Part shown: one piece after another, positions 47,389 through 57,945 of the stretch
Layout of the letters: each line of letters begins with the position of its first letter
How positions within the stretch are numbered: the first letter of the stretch is position 1
Virus record (IMG/VR): IMGVR_UViG_3300045988_150084
Origin: a virus
Reading direction: 5' to 3' (one strand)
Length of the DNA stretch: 64,000 bases
Made by a program: the position numbers and the translations under genes
The notes under the pieces: generated by a model
The model's database searches: none
The model's input: the letters and a program-made list of their open reading frames with translations, nothing else
What the model was told of the DNA's origin: nothing

Positions 47389-48207
47389 TTAGTGACCTGC
47401 GTCTGTGCCTGTGGAACCCGTGCTAGACGAACCCGCCGAGGCGGTCGGAGCAGTAACATCCTTGTTGTCGGACTCTGCCTCCGTGACATCCTCCGTAGCG
47501 AAGCTCCAGAACTTGCCGTCCTTACGCTCAGGGTCAACAATGGAGAATTTCAGCTCAGGAGCAAAAGCGTTCTTGTGCTTGAAATCCAGCTTGAGAGAGC
47601 CGTCGGAACGCGTCTTGTAAAGGATAACGTTCATGCGGACGATACGACCGTTTTTCTGCTTCATCGGCTTCGACTTGAAGTAAATCGTGGCATAGCCAGG
47701 AACGGAAACCGTCTGCACATCAAGACCAACAGCACCAGTATCGGTCGTATATGCGTAGGTAGCTTTAAGCTCCTTGCCAGCATACGTCGCATCAACCTTG
47801 CTGTCCGTCACCTTCACCACGTTACCCTCATCGTCAGCGACAACGAGCGTAGCAAGGTCAGCCGTATCAGCGTGTGCCAGCTTAATAGCACCGCCAGTAC
47901 CGACCGTGACAGCTTCATCAAGAGCGAAGACAACAACACCCTTCTCCTTGGCCTTTACGCCCTGAGTGAGTGCGACCGTCTGCGTGTCCATCGAAGCGTT
48001 CGTAAACGTGACGGAACCGCTCTTCTCAGTCTGATACGAGAACAGGGACGTATTGGACTCGCCGCCGAAAATGTCCTCCATCTTGGACGAGAACTCGAAC
48101 GTAGCGTTCTGGAGGTGGATGTAACCAACCTTGCCAGTCTCACCGACTACAATAGCCTTACCAGTACCCTCAACAAAGAAGGACTCGTTCTTAGTGATTG
48201 GATTCAA
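47389..48207 (-). CDS. Major tail (tube) protein
   Basis: 272 aa with a Thr/Val-rich beta-type composition, located between the head-tail genes and the chaperones. Confidence 0.55.
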   Translation of the reverse strand: MNPITKNESFFVEGTGKAIVVGETGKVGYIHLQNATFEFSSKMEDIFGGESNTSLFSYQTEKSGSVTFTNASMDTQTVALTQGVKAKEKGVVVFALDEAVTVGTGGAIKLAHADTADLATLVVADDEGNVVKVTDSKVDATYAGKELKATYAYTTDTGAVGLDVQTVSVPGYATIYFKSKPMKQKNGRIVRMNVILYKTRSDGSLKLDFKHKNAFAPELKFSIVDPERKDGKFWSFATEDVTEAESDNKDVTAPTASAGSSSTGSTGTDAGH

Positions 48208-48224
48208 ATTAATTCTCCTTTTCT

Positions 48225-48623
48225 TTATGCAAAAATTAACGGACGATAACGCTGTGCATATTTATATACGCCCTTCGTGTCAGATGGAAGGTTATAGCAC
48301 GAACCAACGAAAAAATCCTCCTCGCGCAGCTCTTCCGTAATGATTCGCTTCATAGCTTTCAAATCTGCCCTCGATTTAGCATAATAATCTACGCACAAAA
48401 AACCTCTCAGCACATAAATATTATCCGTTTCAGTTGCGGACGAGAAATATATGCTTACGAAGTTTACGTTATCAACTGTGGCGTAACTAAGCGGCGTTAA
48501 TTCCCTGCGGATTCGCTGATTAATTTCGCCCTCGGTTTTTGGATTTCCCAGCAGTTTTATGAGGTCTTTATTCTTTTTGAGCTTGCGGTAAACATCATCA
48601 AGGACTCCCATATCATCTGTCAT
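48225..48623 (-). CDS. Tail completion/terminator-like protein (132 aa)
   Basis: Synteny. Confidence 0.4.
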   Translation of the reverse strand: MTDDMGVLDDVYRKLKKNKDLIKLLGNPKTEGEINQRIRRELTPLSYATVDNVNFVSIYFSSATETDNIYVLRGFLCVDYYAKSRADLKAMKRIITEELREEDFFVGSCYNLPSDTKGVYKYAQRYRPLIFA

Positions 48624-49255
48624 AGAGAAATTCTCACCTTCTTCATTTCACTCTTAAAATATCTAGCGACACATTCGACAAAAACGTTGTGAATCTCTTC
48701 TTCCATATCGGAGAGGAGATTATTGTCCAGCAGCGCCCTTTTTAGAACATGATAAGCTGGAGATGGTGTGTAGAAATAGCCATCAATTTTCAGTCTGTGG
48801 TTGCGTCCTCTGAGGTTTATATGGCGTGAAGACCACCAATCCTCAAGGTTTACCCACTCAGCACTACCGCTAGAGGAATATTCGTTTCCGTCAAGGTCTT
48901 TATATACGCCCTTCGGTCTACCCATGATAGCCAAGCCATCCGCAAGACGGTTTTTGTTGAAATTGGAAGAAGCCAAGTAATTGGACAGGTATGGATTCTC
49001 ATCCGATTTGTCCATTAGGCTGCCCTTTCCGTACTCAGCAATCCACGCCTTCTGTCCCCACGCTTCTACGATATAGCTCACAACTGCATCCGTTGGATAA
49101 TATTGCCCAGTAGATAAGATGTGTGCTTCACCGTCAATCGTGTTCATCTTCTGCCACTCTGTACGAACGTTATCTTTTGCCGCTTTGATATATTTTGAGA
49201 CAACCCTACGGACACCTTCACCAAGGTTTTTCCCTAGGTCAAATCTTCTACTCAT
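48620..49255 (-). CDS. Head-tail joining protein (211 aa)
   Basis: Synteny. Confidence 0.4.
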   Translation of the reverse strand: MSRRFDLGKNLGEGVRRVVSKYIKAAKDNVRTEWQKMNTIDGEAHILSTGQYYPTDAVVSYIVEAWGQKAWIAEYGKGSLMDKSDENPYLSNYLASSNFNKNRLADGLAIMGRPKGVYKDLDGNEYSSSGSAEWVNLEDWWSSRHINLRGRNHRLKIDGYFYTPSPAYHVLKRALLDNNLLSDMEEEIHNVFVECVARYFKSEMKKVRISL

Positions 49256-49827
49256 AGGTTACGGTTATCGTCGCTTGTCTGAACCGCAAGGAGTCCAGCA
49301 AACTTCGTGGTGTCAATAGCGTCTACACAATAGTTCTTGCTGTCGAGTGTGATACGGTCAAGTAACTTAATATCGCAAATCGGAACGCGGAACTCTTTTG
49401 TCGTGCTAGGAAGAAGCCCTGCATCCATCATTCGCATATTGGCATTTACTGTCACATGATTGCATGGCGTGTCGAGAACATGAACCAGTTCCGTGCCAAT
49501 CAAATCACCGTCTTCGTTATACTTCTCTTCGCCCTTCCTTGTTACGGAGATAGCGCCGTTGCACATATACACCGTAGCTTGCACCGACTCGGCAGAGGGA
49601 CGTAATGCAACAACGATGAAATTTTTCTTAGTTCCCTTTATCGTGCAGGAAAACAGGTCACCATTTTGGAGCTCCGTGTTCTCTTGAAGGAGTCCAGTAA
49701 AAACAAAGTTGCTCTTGAAGTTAGAAGCATTACTTTTACCGACTCGTGTGAGAACAATCTTTTCTGGGTCTTTACCGACAATATCAATCGGCTGTTTGAA
49801 CCTATTAAAAAGCGCGAACATCGGCAT
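49252..49827 (-). CDS. Head-tail joining protein (191 aa)
   Basis: Synteny. Confidence 0.4.
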   Translation of the reverse strand: MPMFALFNRFKQPIDIVGKDPEKIVLTRVGKSNASNFKSNFVFTGLLQENTELQNGDLFSCTIKGTKKNFIVVALRPSAESVQATVYMCNGAISVTRKGEEKYNEDGDLIGTELVHVLDTPCNHVTVNANMRMMDAGLLPSTTKEFRVPICDIKLLDRITLDSKNYCVDAIDTTKFAGLLAVQTSDDNRNL

Positions 49828-50383
49828 TTAACCCCCTCAGAAGCATCTTGATGTCAGAAGTGAAGAAACTATCGTCTGTCATCATAATGTTAAAGTCAAG
49901 AGATGTTAATTGCTTTGCTCCAGCGAAACTCTGTGCCTGTCTGATATTGCAAGCAAGCATAGCCGTTGCCGTCTTGAGACGTTTAGGATACTCGTCGAAA
50001 CCACTCTTGTACTTGATTTCAAGTTTAGACGGTCTGGAGTGGAAGAGCATCATGTTAATATCGAAAGAGCCGATGTAGGTGAAGTACCCATCATTCTCAG
50101 TATCAAGCTCAATATCATTCACATCGAGAGCATTTGTACTCCTGCCGAACAACGTATCAGAGATACAGGTAACTGACTCGATTTCAATGATAGGAGAATG
50201 ACTGAGCTTTCCTCGATTAGTCTTAGATAGCTTTACCCTGTCAACGTATTCCTTTGGAACAAACGACCGACCAAGAAAGCTGTTGATAAGGTCTGTTGCC
50301 ATCGCTACATCTGAGGAATTAACTCCATCAATCGTAGAGCAATAAACAGGAATTTCTTCTTCTGTGAGGTACATATCACTCAT
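49805..50383 (-). CDS. Head-tail connector/adaptor protein (192 aa)
   Basis: Synteny. Confidence 0.4.
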   Translation of the reverse strand: MSDMYLTEEEIPVYCSTIDGVNSSDVAMATDLINSFLGRSFVPKEYVDRVKLSKTNRGKLSHSPIIEIESVTCISDTLFGRSTNALDVNDIELDTENDGYFTYIGSFDINMMLFHSRPSKLEIKYKSGFDEYPKRLKTATAMLACNIRQAQSFAGAKQLTSLDFNIMMTDDSFFTSDIKMLLRGLNADVRAF

Positions 50384-50570
50384 TGGAAATCAGCCCCATC
50401 ACCTTAACCTCTGCAAACTCCTCTGGATTGACAAGAACATACCCATCGTGAGCGATAACCGCGCGGTGTTTGAGAATAATGACATCCTCATTCGTTCTTA
50501 CCTTGTAGACAACATTCTTTGGAGTATCCTTCGGTGCAACCTTCGTCGTAGTGGTTTTTCTTCGTGGCAT
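50376..50570 (-). CDS. Small head protein (64 aa)
   Basis: ORF track entry between the capsid and connector genes. Confidence 0.35.
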   Translation of the reverse strand: MPRRKTTTTKVAPKDTPKNVVYKVRTNEDVIILKHRAVIAHDGYVLVNPEEFAEVKVMGLISNE

Positions 50571-50654
50571 TGAATCAACTCCTTTAGAAGCCGCCGCTGA
50601 CGCTTTTTGTTTATTTGTTGGCTTACCAAGCGACTTATTACGAAAGGTTAGAGA

Positions 50655-51713
50655 TTAGTCGTGACTTGCCCCAGCACCAGCCGTAGCGTTCGTGGACGGA
50701 CTCTCATCTGTCTTGTTGACCGTGATAACATCCGTACCAACAGGAACCGTAGCCTCCGTCTCGCCGTCAATCGTGAGCAGGAGGTGACCGTAGTTACCGC
50801 CGCGCACGATGAACGTATCGAACAGAACCGCGATATAACGCTGTGCAAGGTCTTTCTCCGTGCCAAGCTGATACATACGCGGAACATCACTAGCCACGTA
50901 CTGACGCTCAAGGAGGTTCTCATCGACAATAGCAATCTTACCGACAGGGCAGTAAATATCCGTCACAATCGGCAGAACGCCAGCGACCGTCATAATGCCA
51001 GTCACCTTAATGCCAGGAAGAACCTCGACATCGTAGGTCTTGACCTTATCCTTCGCGTTAATCTCCTGAGACTCAAGTTTTGCCTTATCGAGCGGATTCA
51101 TGTAGATAGCAGTCGGCGTAACCTTGTACTTCTTGTTGTACATAAGCATAGCCACACCGTTGCGGATAGCCTCCGTCAGACGCGCGTCCTTAGCAATCGT
51201 ACCAGTCTTCTTAATCTGCGTGATGATGGAGCAATACTCGTGAGATGTGGAGTCCATGAGGTCTTTCGCACCGCCAGTCCACACAGCGCGGTCTTGTGCA
51301 TCGAGCATATCAGAGACAACTTCCGAAAGGTCTTGCGCTTGAAGGTCACCGAAAAGCCCCTGCTGCTGCGTAACCTCACGGTCAAACTTGCCGAACGTGA
51401 TACCATCAACCTCTGCGCGAATCAGAGCCGAACGCTCAACACGCTGGACTTGCGTATCAAGAGCATGGTCGATTGCACGCGGGTCAATGAACTTCTCCTT
51501 GGTGTCATGTGCGAGCTTCTCGAAGTAGCGCGTCGGATGGCCTGTTGCAGCCTTGGCCTTAACGCGCTGAAGGAGCGTACCCCGCTTGCGCGTCTTATCC
51601 ATAATCTGCGACTCGAAAACAGGGACATACAGTGCGCCTGTGCCGATATAGTCAGCCGTCGCGTTCGCGAAACTCATAAAGCGGCTCTCGCCGTCAAAAA
51701 GTCGAATACTCAA
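50655..51713 (-). CDS. Major capsid protein (HK97-fold candidate)
   Basis: 352 aa, directly downstream of the protease/scaffold gene. Called on position and size. Confidence 0.6.
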   Translation of the reverse strand: MSIRLFDGESRFMSFANATADYIGTGALYVPVFESQIMDKTRKRGTLLQRVKAKAATGHPTRYFEKLAHDTKEKFIDPRAIDHALDTQVQRVERSALIRAEVDGITFGKFDREVTQQQGLFGDLQAQDLSEVVSDMLDAQDRAVWTGGAKDLMDSTSHEYCSIITQIKKTGTIAKDARLTEAIRNGVAMLMYNKKYKVTPTAIYMNPLDKAKLESQEINAKDKVKTYDVEVLPGIKVTGIMTVAGVLPIVTDIYCPVGKIAIVDENLLERQYVASDVPRMYQLGTEKDLAQRYIAVLFDTFIVRGGNYGHLLLTIDGETEATVPVGTDVITVNKTDESPSTNATAGAGASHD

Positions 51714-51729
51714 ATTTTACCTTCCTCTC

Positions 51730-52752
51730 TTATGCCTGAAACTCGTCTTGATGCTCATTCCAGAGCTGGATTTTCTTCGCCCATTTCTGCTCTGCCGTCA
51801 GCTTATCGTTATCGTCGATAGCCTTGGAAAGCTCCATAGCCGTCTTCTTCTCACCGTCGAAACGCGGAAGGGATGCAAAGTCAACCTTCGTCTTGCGCTC
51901 TGGCTCTTTCTCCTCTGCCTTCGTCTCAACCTTCTTCTCGGCAAGTGTCTGTGCCATAGCGTCCTTGATACCAGCCGTGATAGCATCCTGCATAGCCGCA
52001 AAATCCATCTTCGGCTCTTCCTGCTTCGGCTCAGCCTTGTCTTCAACCTTGGACAGCTTTTCAACCGTCTCCGTCAGCGTCTTCATAGATGCTTCAAGAG
52101 CGGAAAACTTAGCGTCGAAAGCCTTTTTCTGCTCATCGAGAGCGTTCTTCGTTTCCTCGTTCAATTCTTCATTCTCCTTATTCATCATGGAACACATAAA
52201 CTTAGTATTCTGAAATGCCGCCTTGTTCTTGTAGAGGATTGCAACCCCTGTGAAGTGCGCTCCCAGCCCTGTAAGAGTCTGCGCTTTATCATCCCTCATC
52301 ACACCGTCAAAGTAAACTTCGACAGAGAACCCAAGAGAATCTTTTGCACTCTCAATCGTGTCACACACATCGGGAAAATCATTCTTCCACAAATGACCAG
52401 CAACAGCAATTTCATTACCGTTCAAATGAGCTTCATCAACCACGCCGACCTTAAATCGAGGAGCATGGTCTTTCAGATTATGTGCAGGGTCGCTAAAGAA
52501 ATCATCACTCCATTGGACGTTTACGCCGCTACCAGCAAGGGACTCCACATCAATATTTTCACTACTGATAATGGTTTTATATCCCATAATGCCGCCGCAT
52601 GGTGTACCGTCCGTGGGAGTATCAACATACCCAGCAACGCCGCTGAAATTCAATACGTCAGGATTGTTCTCGTCCTGCATCGTACTGAAACTAGAGAAAT
52701 TAAGCGTTACGCTCTTTCCCTCTGTCTTCTTCTGCTCGTTTCTTTTCGCCAT
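51730..52752 (-). CDS. Prohead protease fused to a scaffolding-like coiled-coil C-terminus
   Basis: An N-terminal globular domain followed by a long E/K/A-rich helical tail, between the portal and capsid genes. Confidence 0.5.
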   Translation of the reverse strand: MAKRNEQKKTEGKSVTLNFSSFSTMQDENNPDVLNFSGVAGYVDTPTDGTPCGGIMGYKTIISSENIDVESLAGSGVNVQWSDDFFSDPAHNLKDHAPRFKVGVVDEAHLNGNEIAVAGHLWKNDFPDVCDTIESAKDSLGFSVEVYFDGVMRDDKAQTLTGLGAHFTGVAILYKNKAAFQNTKFMCSMMNKENEELNEETKNALDEQKKAFDAKFSALEASMKTLTETVEKLSKVEDKAEPKQEEPKMDFAAMQDAITAGIKDAMAQTLAEKKVETKAEEKEPERKTKVDFASLPRFDGEKKTAMELSKAIDDNDKLTAEQKWAKKIQLWNEHQDEFQA

Positions 52753-54055
52753 CAGTCTTCTTTTTCACATCCTCTTTTTGGTCTTTGCCTAAACCATTAA
52801 ATCCACCAGTCTGCACAGCATATTTTTTATTCAATACCGATTTCATTTCTGCCTGAGTCATGTCGTTATACGGACTGTCAATATGCGGCATACCGATAGC
52901 ATTTCTATACTCTGCAAAGGTAATACCGTTGTTGTTCCATTGTTCCGTGAGCATCGTCTGCTTCTGTTGCTTCTGCGTCAGCGTGTCTTCAAAGACAAAC
53001 TCGAACTTCAAATAATCGCCCATACCTAAACGACCAATGATTTTCTTGTTAATCTCATCGGCAAGCAGTAAGCAATACGGACGAACCGCTTCATTAAGCA
53101 TGGACTCATTCTGCTCTTCCACAGTAGAACGGTCTGTATTGCTGCCCTGACCAAGTTTCTTAGGGTCAATACCAAAGGCAAGAGCAATCTCCGTGATTAA
53201 CTCTTTCTGCCATTCGAGGAACAGCCCTTCGTCACCGTCAGCACCAAGATGAAGTGCTTGAGCACCCTTTGTACCGCCGATAATTGCCTGTTCGCCGCGT
53301 CCCTGTACCTCTTCACGCCAATACTTTCTGAACGCATCGAGGTCTGCCTGTGAGACGTTCTCTCCAAGGTCAAGGGCATATTTAGGAATAGCATTGTCGG
53401 TCTGTGTAGAAGCGTATTCTTGAGCACTACTTAACGCATTGATATGCTGGAAAGCCGCTTCGATAGGAGATAAACCGTATGGCGTATCGACGGTCTTATT
53501 ATGCTGCAAATAAAGAACATCCTTGTCATACAGATACGTTCTATTCGCTCCTACGACCTGACAGAATCGGTAAAAATCTGGATTTGTGAAAAACCCTGTG
53601 ACATATTCAAGAGCGAAACCGTTAATCGGATATAACTTCATTGGTCTGCGAATGTCTCCAGTAAAGACAATCTCGGCCGCTCCATTATCTCCAATCAGGG
53701 TTTCATTGATAACCTGTCCCCAGAAAGACTCGTAGGTGTCTGTCTCGTTAGGGTGCAGGATAATATTCTCCAATGCTTTGATAGCAGCACCATAGGTACG
53801 TTTATCTCCTGCATTGGTAGGGACAATCCTCCAATTCTGCGCTAATACTCCGTCCCGAATAAGGGAAATAGCACGGTGAGGAATTGCCATTCGAGAAAAG
53901 TTCCGCAAGCTCCGTTCGTTTACCTTGATAAGCGAATCTTTTGGAGTAAAGTTAGGCAAAGAAATAATCGTCGTGGCAGACTGCCTTTGAAGGTGTCCGT
54001 CAGACGGTGTTTTAATGCCAAGGTGGAAAATCTTCCCGAAAGCTCTTATCTCCAT
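52700..54055 (-). CDS. Portal protein
   Basis: 451 aa immediately downstream of TerL, overlapping it by 10 nt. Confidence 0.6.
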   Translation of the reverse strand: MEIRAFGKIFHLGIKTPSDGHLQRQSATTIISLPNFTPKDSLIKVNERSLRNFSRMAIPHRAISLIRDGVLAQNWRIVPTNAGDKRTYGAAIKALENIILHPNETDTYESFWGQVINETLIGDNGAAEIVFTGDIRRPMKLYPINGFALEYVTGFFTNPDFYRFCQVVGANRTYLYDKDVLYLQHNKTVDTPYGLSPIEAAFQHINALSSAQEYASTQTDNAIPKYALDLGENVSQADLDAFRKYWREEVQGRGEQAIIGGTKGAQALHLGADGDEGLFLEWQKELITEIALAFGIDPKKLGQGSNTDRSTVEEQNESMLNEAVRPYCLLLADEINKKIIGRLGMGDYLKFEFVFEDTLTQKQQKQTMLTEQWNNNGITFAEYRNAIGMPHIDSPYNDMTQAEMKSVLNKKYAVQTGGFNGLGKDQKEDVKKKTDGEKKRAEEDRGKERNA

Positions 54056-55596
54056 TTTGTGAAAATCCCTCCCATCGGTGTTGGTTTCATGCGCGAGGAT
54101 AGTCCTCCAAAAACAAGGCGGTGAGACATATCAGGGAAAGCAGCAGAACAAATCATGTTAAGTGCATCCATTCCATCATCACTACCCTTTGGAAATCGTA
54201 AAAATTCGTTGACAAGTACAGTCTGGTCTTTGCGGAACTTGATGTATTTGTTCTTGATTCTCGGAATCATACCGCGAAGACGTAACTGCTTTTCAACCTT
54301 GCTGTTGTACTCATTAATTGGAATCTGAATACCAGCGTTCAGACCTCTCTTAGCAACTTCATCCTTGAACATTGCTTGGAACTGAACTGTCTCAATCGTC
54401 ACCGAAACAAGGTGGCTCTGATATTTCATAGAACCCGCAATAATGAGGTCAATGAGCCTGTCTGGCTTAAATCTTCCCATAGTCACATCAAGTACATAGA
54501 GGAACCCGTTCTCATCCTTACCAGCGAATATGATTGCTGCTCGGTCTGATTTTGCCTTGCCAAGAGAAGGGTCAACAGCGCCATAAACTTCCTTGATTTC
54601 TGGAAGTTCATAGTAGTAATCAAACCACTCAGGAAGGAACTCCGCGTTCGCAGGGTCAATCGGTTCATTCTGATACTCACTTGCAAAAGAACTACTATCG
54701 GAAACCCGAAGTTCCATCATATTCTCGTAATAATCTGGAGAACTCTCAGGCCAAAGAGATTCGACACCTTTAAGCATCTCATCTCTGTGCTTCTGATAGA
54801 ATTGATAGGCATCTTCGCCAGCCTTAGGGTTGTGCTCGTCCGTGAGAATTTGTTCCCAATCATCCCACAACGGAGAATCCGAAAAGTGCTGTACCGCTTG
54901 GTATCTCTTTCTGTCCCACATTGAGAACGCAGGAGCAGTTAAGAGCTTTTGCAGTAATGACTCATAGTGAAGCACCGTCCCAATATAGATATAGTCGCTT
55001 GTTGGTGTACCTACTGGGATAAGGGCTTTCATAAACCAGTTGAACAACTTTTTTCGTTGCGCTTCTGTCTCTACGTTTTCATCGTTCTCCAAATCATCGA
55101 TGATGATTAACTCAGGGCGAATCGAGCCGAACTTATTACCGCGAAGTTTCTGTCCAGCACCACGGCCATAAACCTGTACACGGTTAGAAGTAATAATCTT
55201 ATCTTGCGCCCATTTCTCTTCCGAAACAAGGTCACCAAAATCGGTTTTGATAAGGTCATTTTCTTCAAGTTCTGTCTTTATCGCCGAGATGAAAGAACGC
55301 GCTTGGTCTAACGTATCAGAAACGAGCAAAATGTTCCTTTTGTACTTGTAAACTATGCACCAGATAATCAGCAAAAACGAGATAACCTGCGACTTACCAT
55401 GTCCACGCGGAGCGGCTCGAACATAGAAGTTTTTTCGTCTTTTTCTCCTCAGAATCATGTCCTCTGCGGACTTGAAAATTTCCTTGTGTAAAGGGGAAAA
55501 TGCACAAGAAAATACCGAGGGGAAATAGGTAAGAGCGAACTTTTCAAGGGAAGTAGCACAGTCTTTCATGCGCTGTCCCGCGTCCTCTCTATCCAT
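54046..55596 (-). CDS. terL: Terminase large subunit
   Basis: Walker A motif RAAPRGHGKS, an ATPase N-domain and a nuclease C-domain, 516 aa. Confidence 0.8.
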   Translation of the reverse strand: MDREDAGQRMKDCATSLEKFALTYFPSVFSCAFSPLHKEIFKSAEDMILRRKRRKNFYVRAAPRGHGKSQVISFLLIIWCIVYKYKRNILLVSDTLDQARSFISAIKTELEENDLIKTDFGDLVSEEKWAQDKIITSNRVQVYGRGAGQKLRGNKFGSIRPELIIIDDLENDENVETEAQRKKLFNWFMKALIPVGTPTSDYIYIGTVLHYESLLQKLLTAPAFSMWDRKRYQAVQHFSDSPLWDDWEQILTDEHNPKAGEDAYQFYQKHRDEMLKGVESLWPESSPDYYENMMELRVSDSSSFASEYQNEPIDPANAEFLPEWFDYYYELPEIKEVYGAVDPSLGKAKSDRAAIIFAGKDENGFLYVLDVTMGRFKPDRLIDLIIAGSMKYQSHLVSVTIETVQFQAMFKDEVAKRGLNAGIQIPINEYNSKVEKQLRLRGMIPRIKNKYIKFRKDQTVLVNEFLRFPKGSDDGMDALNMICSAAFPDMSHRLVFGGLSSRMKPTPMGGIFTKWR

Positions 55597-55777
55597 TACC
55601 GCCTCGGCTGACGTAGTTTCCTCGATTGCCTTTGCTAACTCATCAAAATATCTTTTCTGCTTTATAGAATCACCCCTTTTAGTGCCTTGTCCCTGTCAGC
55701 ACCTTGGACACTCCCAAATTGCATGTCTTCCTCGTGCCTCAGCCTCGTGCCTACACTCATAAGCTAGGACTTTTGTT

Positions 55778-56317
55778 TTAGATGGCTCTGATTGTCTCGA
55801 ACATATCCGAACGTCGAAGCTCTTCAAAGACCTCGGCTTTAACTTGCGGGTATCTGTCTAGGATTTTCAAAAAGACTTCAAGAACTTTTCGCACCTTCTG
55901 GATGCCTAGCTGTTCTTTCTGAATTCTTGAAACGCTCTCGTTCAAATCTTCGAGAAACTTGCACGAATGGAGATAGGCGTTTGAGATGGAGGAAATCTCA
56001 GACAGCTTCTCTTCATCGTCTTTGAGGTTATCGAGTATTCTGCCGAGCTTGTTTGTATGCCTTACAAGACGGTTGCGGACACTCCATGCCTCGGAAAGAG
56101 CATTAAAGCGATTAACCGCTGTTGCGACATCATTCCTGCCTACGTCCGTTAAGCCATGCGCGGCGCAGTATCTTGAAATAGTCATTTTGTTCAACGGCTG
56201 CTCGCCAGCTGGGAGGGATTCTCTGTTGATTACATCGGCTACTTCTTCACAGGTAAGCGTCTTGCGGAGTTCAAGAACCTTCCTACCCAACCCGAGTTCA
56301 TCAATCCTGTACTTCAT
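55778..56317 (-). CDS. terS: Terminase small subunit (HTH)
   Basis: Upstream of terL, with an N-terminal HTH (LTCEEVADVINRESLPAGEQPLNKMTISRYCAAHG). The ATG at 56317 follows a GAGAGGTGA RBS. Confidence 0.5.
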   Translation of the reverse strand: MKYRIDELGLGRKVLELRKTLTCEEVADVINRESLPAGEQPLNKMTISRYCAAHGLTDVGRNDVATAVNRFNALSEAWSVRNRLVRHTNKLGRILDNLKDDEEKLSEISSISNAYLHSCKFLEDLNESVSRIQKEQLGIQKVRKVLEVFLKILDRYPQVKAEVFEELRRSDMFETIRAI

Positions 56318-56341
56318 GTAATCACCTCTCAATTTGTCCTC

Positions 56342-56376
56342 TCATATATTATCTATGGTGGCTTTTCAAGTAAAAA
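56342..56376 (-). promoter_or_regulatory. Conserved upstream element, copy A (TTTTTACTTGAAAAGCCACCATAGATAATATATGA on the minus strand), upstream of terS
   Basis: 31/35 identical to copy B at 57946-57980. Contains TTGAAA and TAATAT boxes. Confidence 0.45.
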
Positions 56377-56640
56377 AGGGCTGAAATTCCAAAAAAAATC
56401 ATTTTTAATCAAATTTTTAACTAAAATAGCTATAAGATATATCTTTTATAAAGAACCTGAGAGTAAGAACAGGAAGTTGACCTCGGATGCGACGAGGACA
56501 TGAAGCGATGATTTTGTGACTATATTTTCGTGCTCCTTGTGACGCTCCAGAGCAAAGATGTCATTTTTCGCGTTTTTTACGATAAAAAGTACCCTCGATT
56601 TTGCCACGCGATAACTTATACCTGTGAAAGATTCGAGAGG

Positions 56641-56670
56641 GATTTCCTTCGTAAATTTACGAAGGAAATC
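56641..56670. repeat. Perfect 30-bp palindrome gatttccttcgtaaatttacgaaggaaatc
   Basis: The first half is the reverse complement of the second half. It lies 25 nt downstream of the ORF 56695..56982 stop and 310 nt upstream of terS. Confidence 0.6.
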
Positions 56671-56694
56671 CGCTTAAAATCGATTTTACGTTAA

Positions 56695-56982
56695 TTACCT
56701 ACCCCCTTTTCCCTTGTTGAGAGTCTTCATAGCGGCAGAACGAGCTTTTTTTGTGCTGTCAGAAATACTATTTTTCCCACGTCGGAATGTAAGTAGCTTC
56801 TTTGGAACTCGATATTCTACTGCCCAGATATGTCGATTGGTCTTGAATACCTGATAGCGTGGATAAATCTTGTCCAGCTTCGTAATCATCTTCGTGTCGC
56901 TTGTCCAAATCCTCATCTCGTCAGGCTCTCGCTCAAACTCAATAACGGTTTCTTGTTCTTCTTTTGCTGTGTACTCTTTCAT
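56695..56982 (-). CDS. Hypothetical basic protein (96 aa)
   Basis: The ATG at 56982 has an AAGGAG RBS 7 nt upstream. The ORF track extends upstream without an RBS. Confidence 0.45.
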   Translation of the reverse strand: MKEYTAKEEQETVIEFEREPDEMRIWTSDTKMITKLDKIYPRYQVFKTNRHIWAVEYRVPKKLLTFRRGKNSISDSTKKARSAAMKTLNKGKGGR

Positions 56983-57492
56983 GTAAACTCCTTTCAGCGT
57001 TCGGCTAAAGCCGAATTGTCTTTTCCAGACAATCAAATGTTTGCTAATCGAGGAAATAGGGTTGTGACTGCCTACAAGCGGCGTAGCCGCATACCTAGCC
57101 ATATAGATATATTTATACCCATTGGTCGTGCGAAGGGGCTTAGAGCGAACGTCAGGCGGTCGGTTTCTATCGACGGCGTGGCTTCGTGATACGCCCGAGT
57201 GCGTGGTGAGCGGAACACACACTCTTGGTTCGTCTGCTTGATATATATAAATACATCTACACAGATTGAAACATGAATGTTTCTTTTGCTAATCTCTTAC
57301 AGAGAGTTTTACTAATCGGAGAAGTTGGTCGGGGGAAGGCTTGTCAAAGCCGACACCGATATTATTTATTTAAGATATACGTTAGTATAGATTAAATAAA
57401 TAATACATTTTATTAACACCCTTGTATGTATATATATTAATTAGATGGGGTAATTTTTCCCCCTAATTGTGCTGCCTGTCAGATTTGCCCCC

Positions 57493-57795
57493 TCAGATGG
57501 TGATTTTAAGTCGATACAGAGACGGGACTCCCCTCTGGCGCGATGGTGCATATTCAATCATTCCCTTCTCGATTAGTTCCCTTCTTGCTCTATGAATCGT
57601 TTTTCTGGCCATTCCAGTATCTTGAACCGCTAGGCGGTCTGTGTAACAGAACTCTCCTTCTCTGCCCTTCCAAGACAAAATGAGAAACAGTTTCAATGCC
57701 GATGGCGAGGTTTCCTTGATTCTCTTGATAAATTCGTAGTTCACTTCTTCCTCCTGTGATTCTTCTTCCTGATTCGCGACCATTTCAGCCGACAT
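57493..57795 (-). CDS. Winged-helix transcriptional regulator (100 aa)
   Basis: An acidic N-terminus followed by a wHTH-like KTIHRARRELIEKGMIEY. Confidence 0.45.
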   Translation of the reverse strand: MSAEMVANQEEESQEEEVNYEFIKRIKETSPSALKLFLILSWKGREGEFCYTDRLAVQDTGMARKTIHRARRELIEKGMIEYAPSRQRGVPSLYRLKITI

Positions 57796-57926
57796 TTCAC
57801 CTTTGCGCCGCTATACACTTTCTTCCGATGGGGACATTCATAGACACCTTCCCAGTAGTATAACCCCTGACAGTACATCAAAGCATAGTTCCTCGATAAG
57901 CCGATTTTGTTTCCTAGTATCTTCAT
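57741..57926 (-). CDS. Small basic protein (61 aa)
   Basis: ATG with a GAAGGGGGAA RBS, directly downstream of conserved element copy B. Confidence 0.35.
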   Translation of the reverse strand: MKILGNKIGLSRNYALMYCQGLYYWEGVYECPHRKKVYSGAKVKCRLKWSRIRKKNHRRKK

Positions 57927-57945
57927 GGCGTAAAAATTCCCCCTT

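Noticed and set aside
57440-57470. GGGGTAATTTTTCCCC hairpin downstream of the wHTH gene as a terminator
   Set aside because: It is followed by AU-rich but not U-tract sequence on the minus strand. The evidence is too weak to list as a feature.
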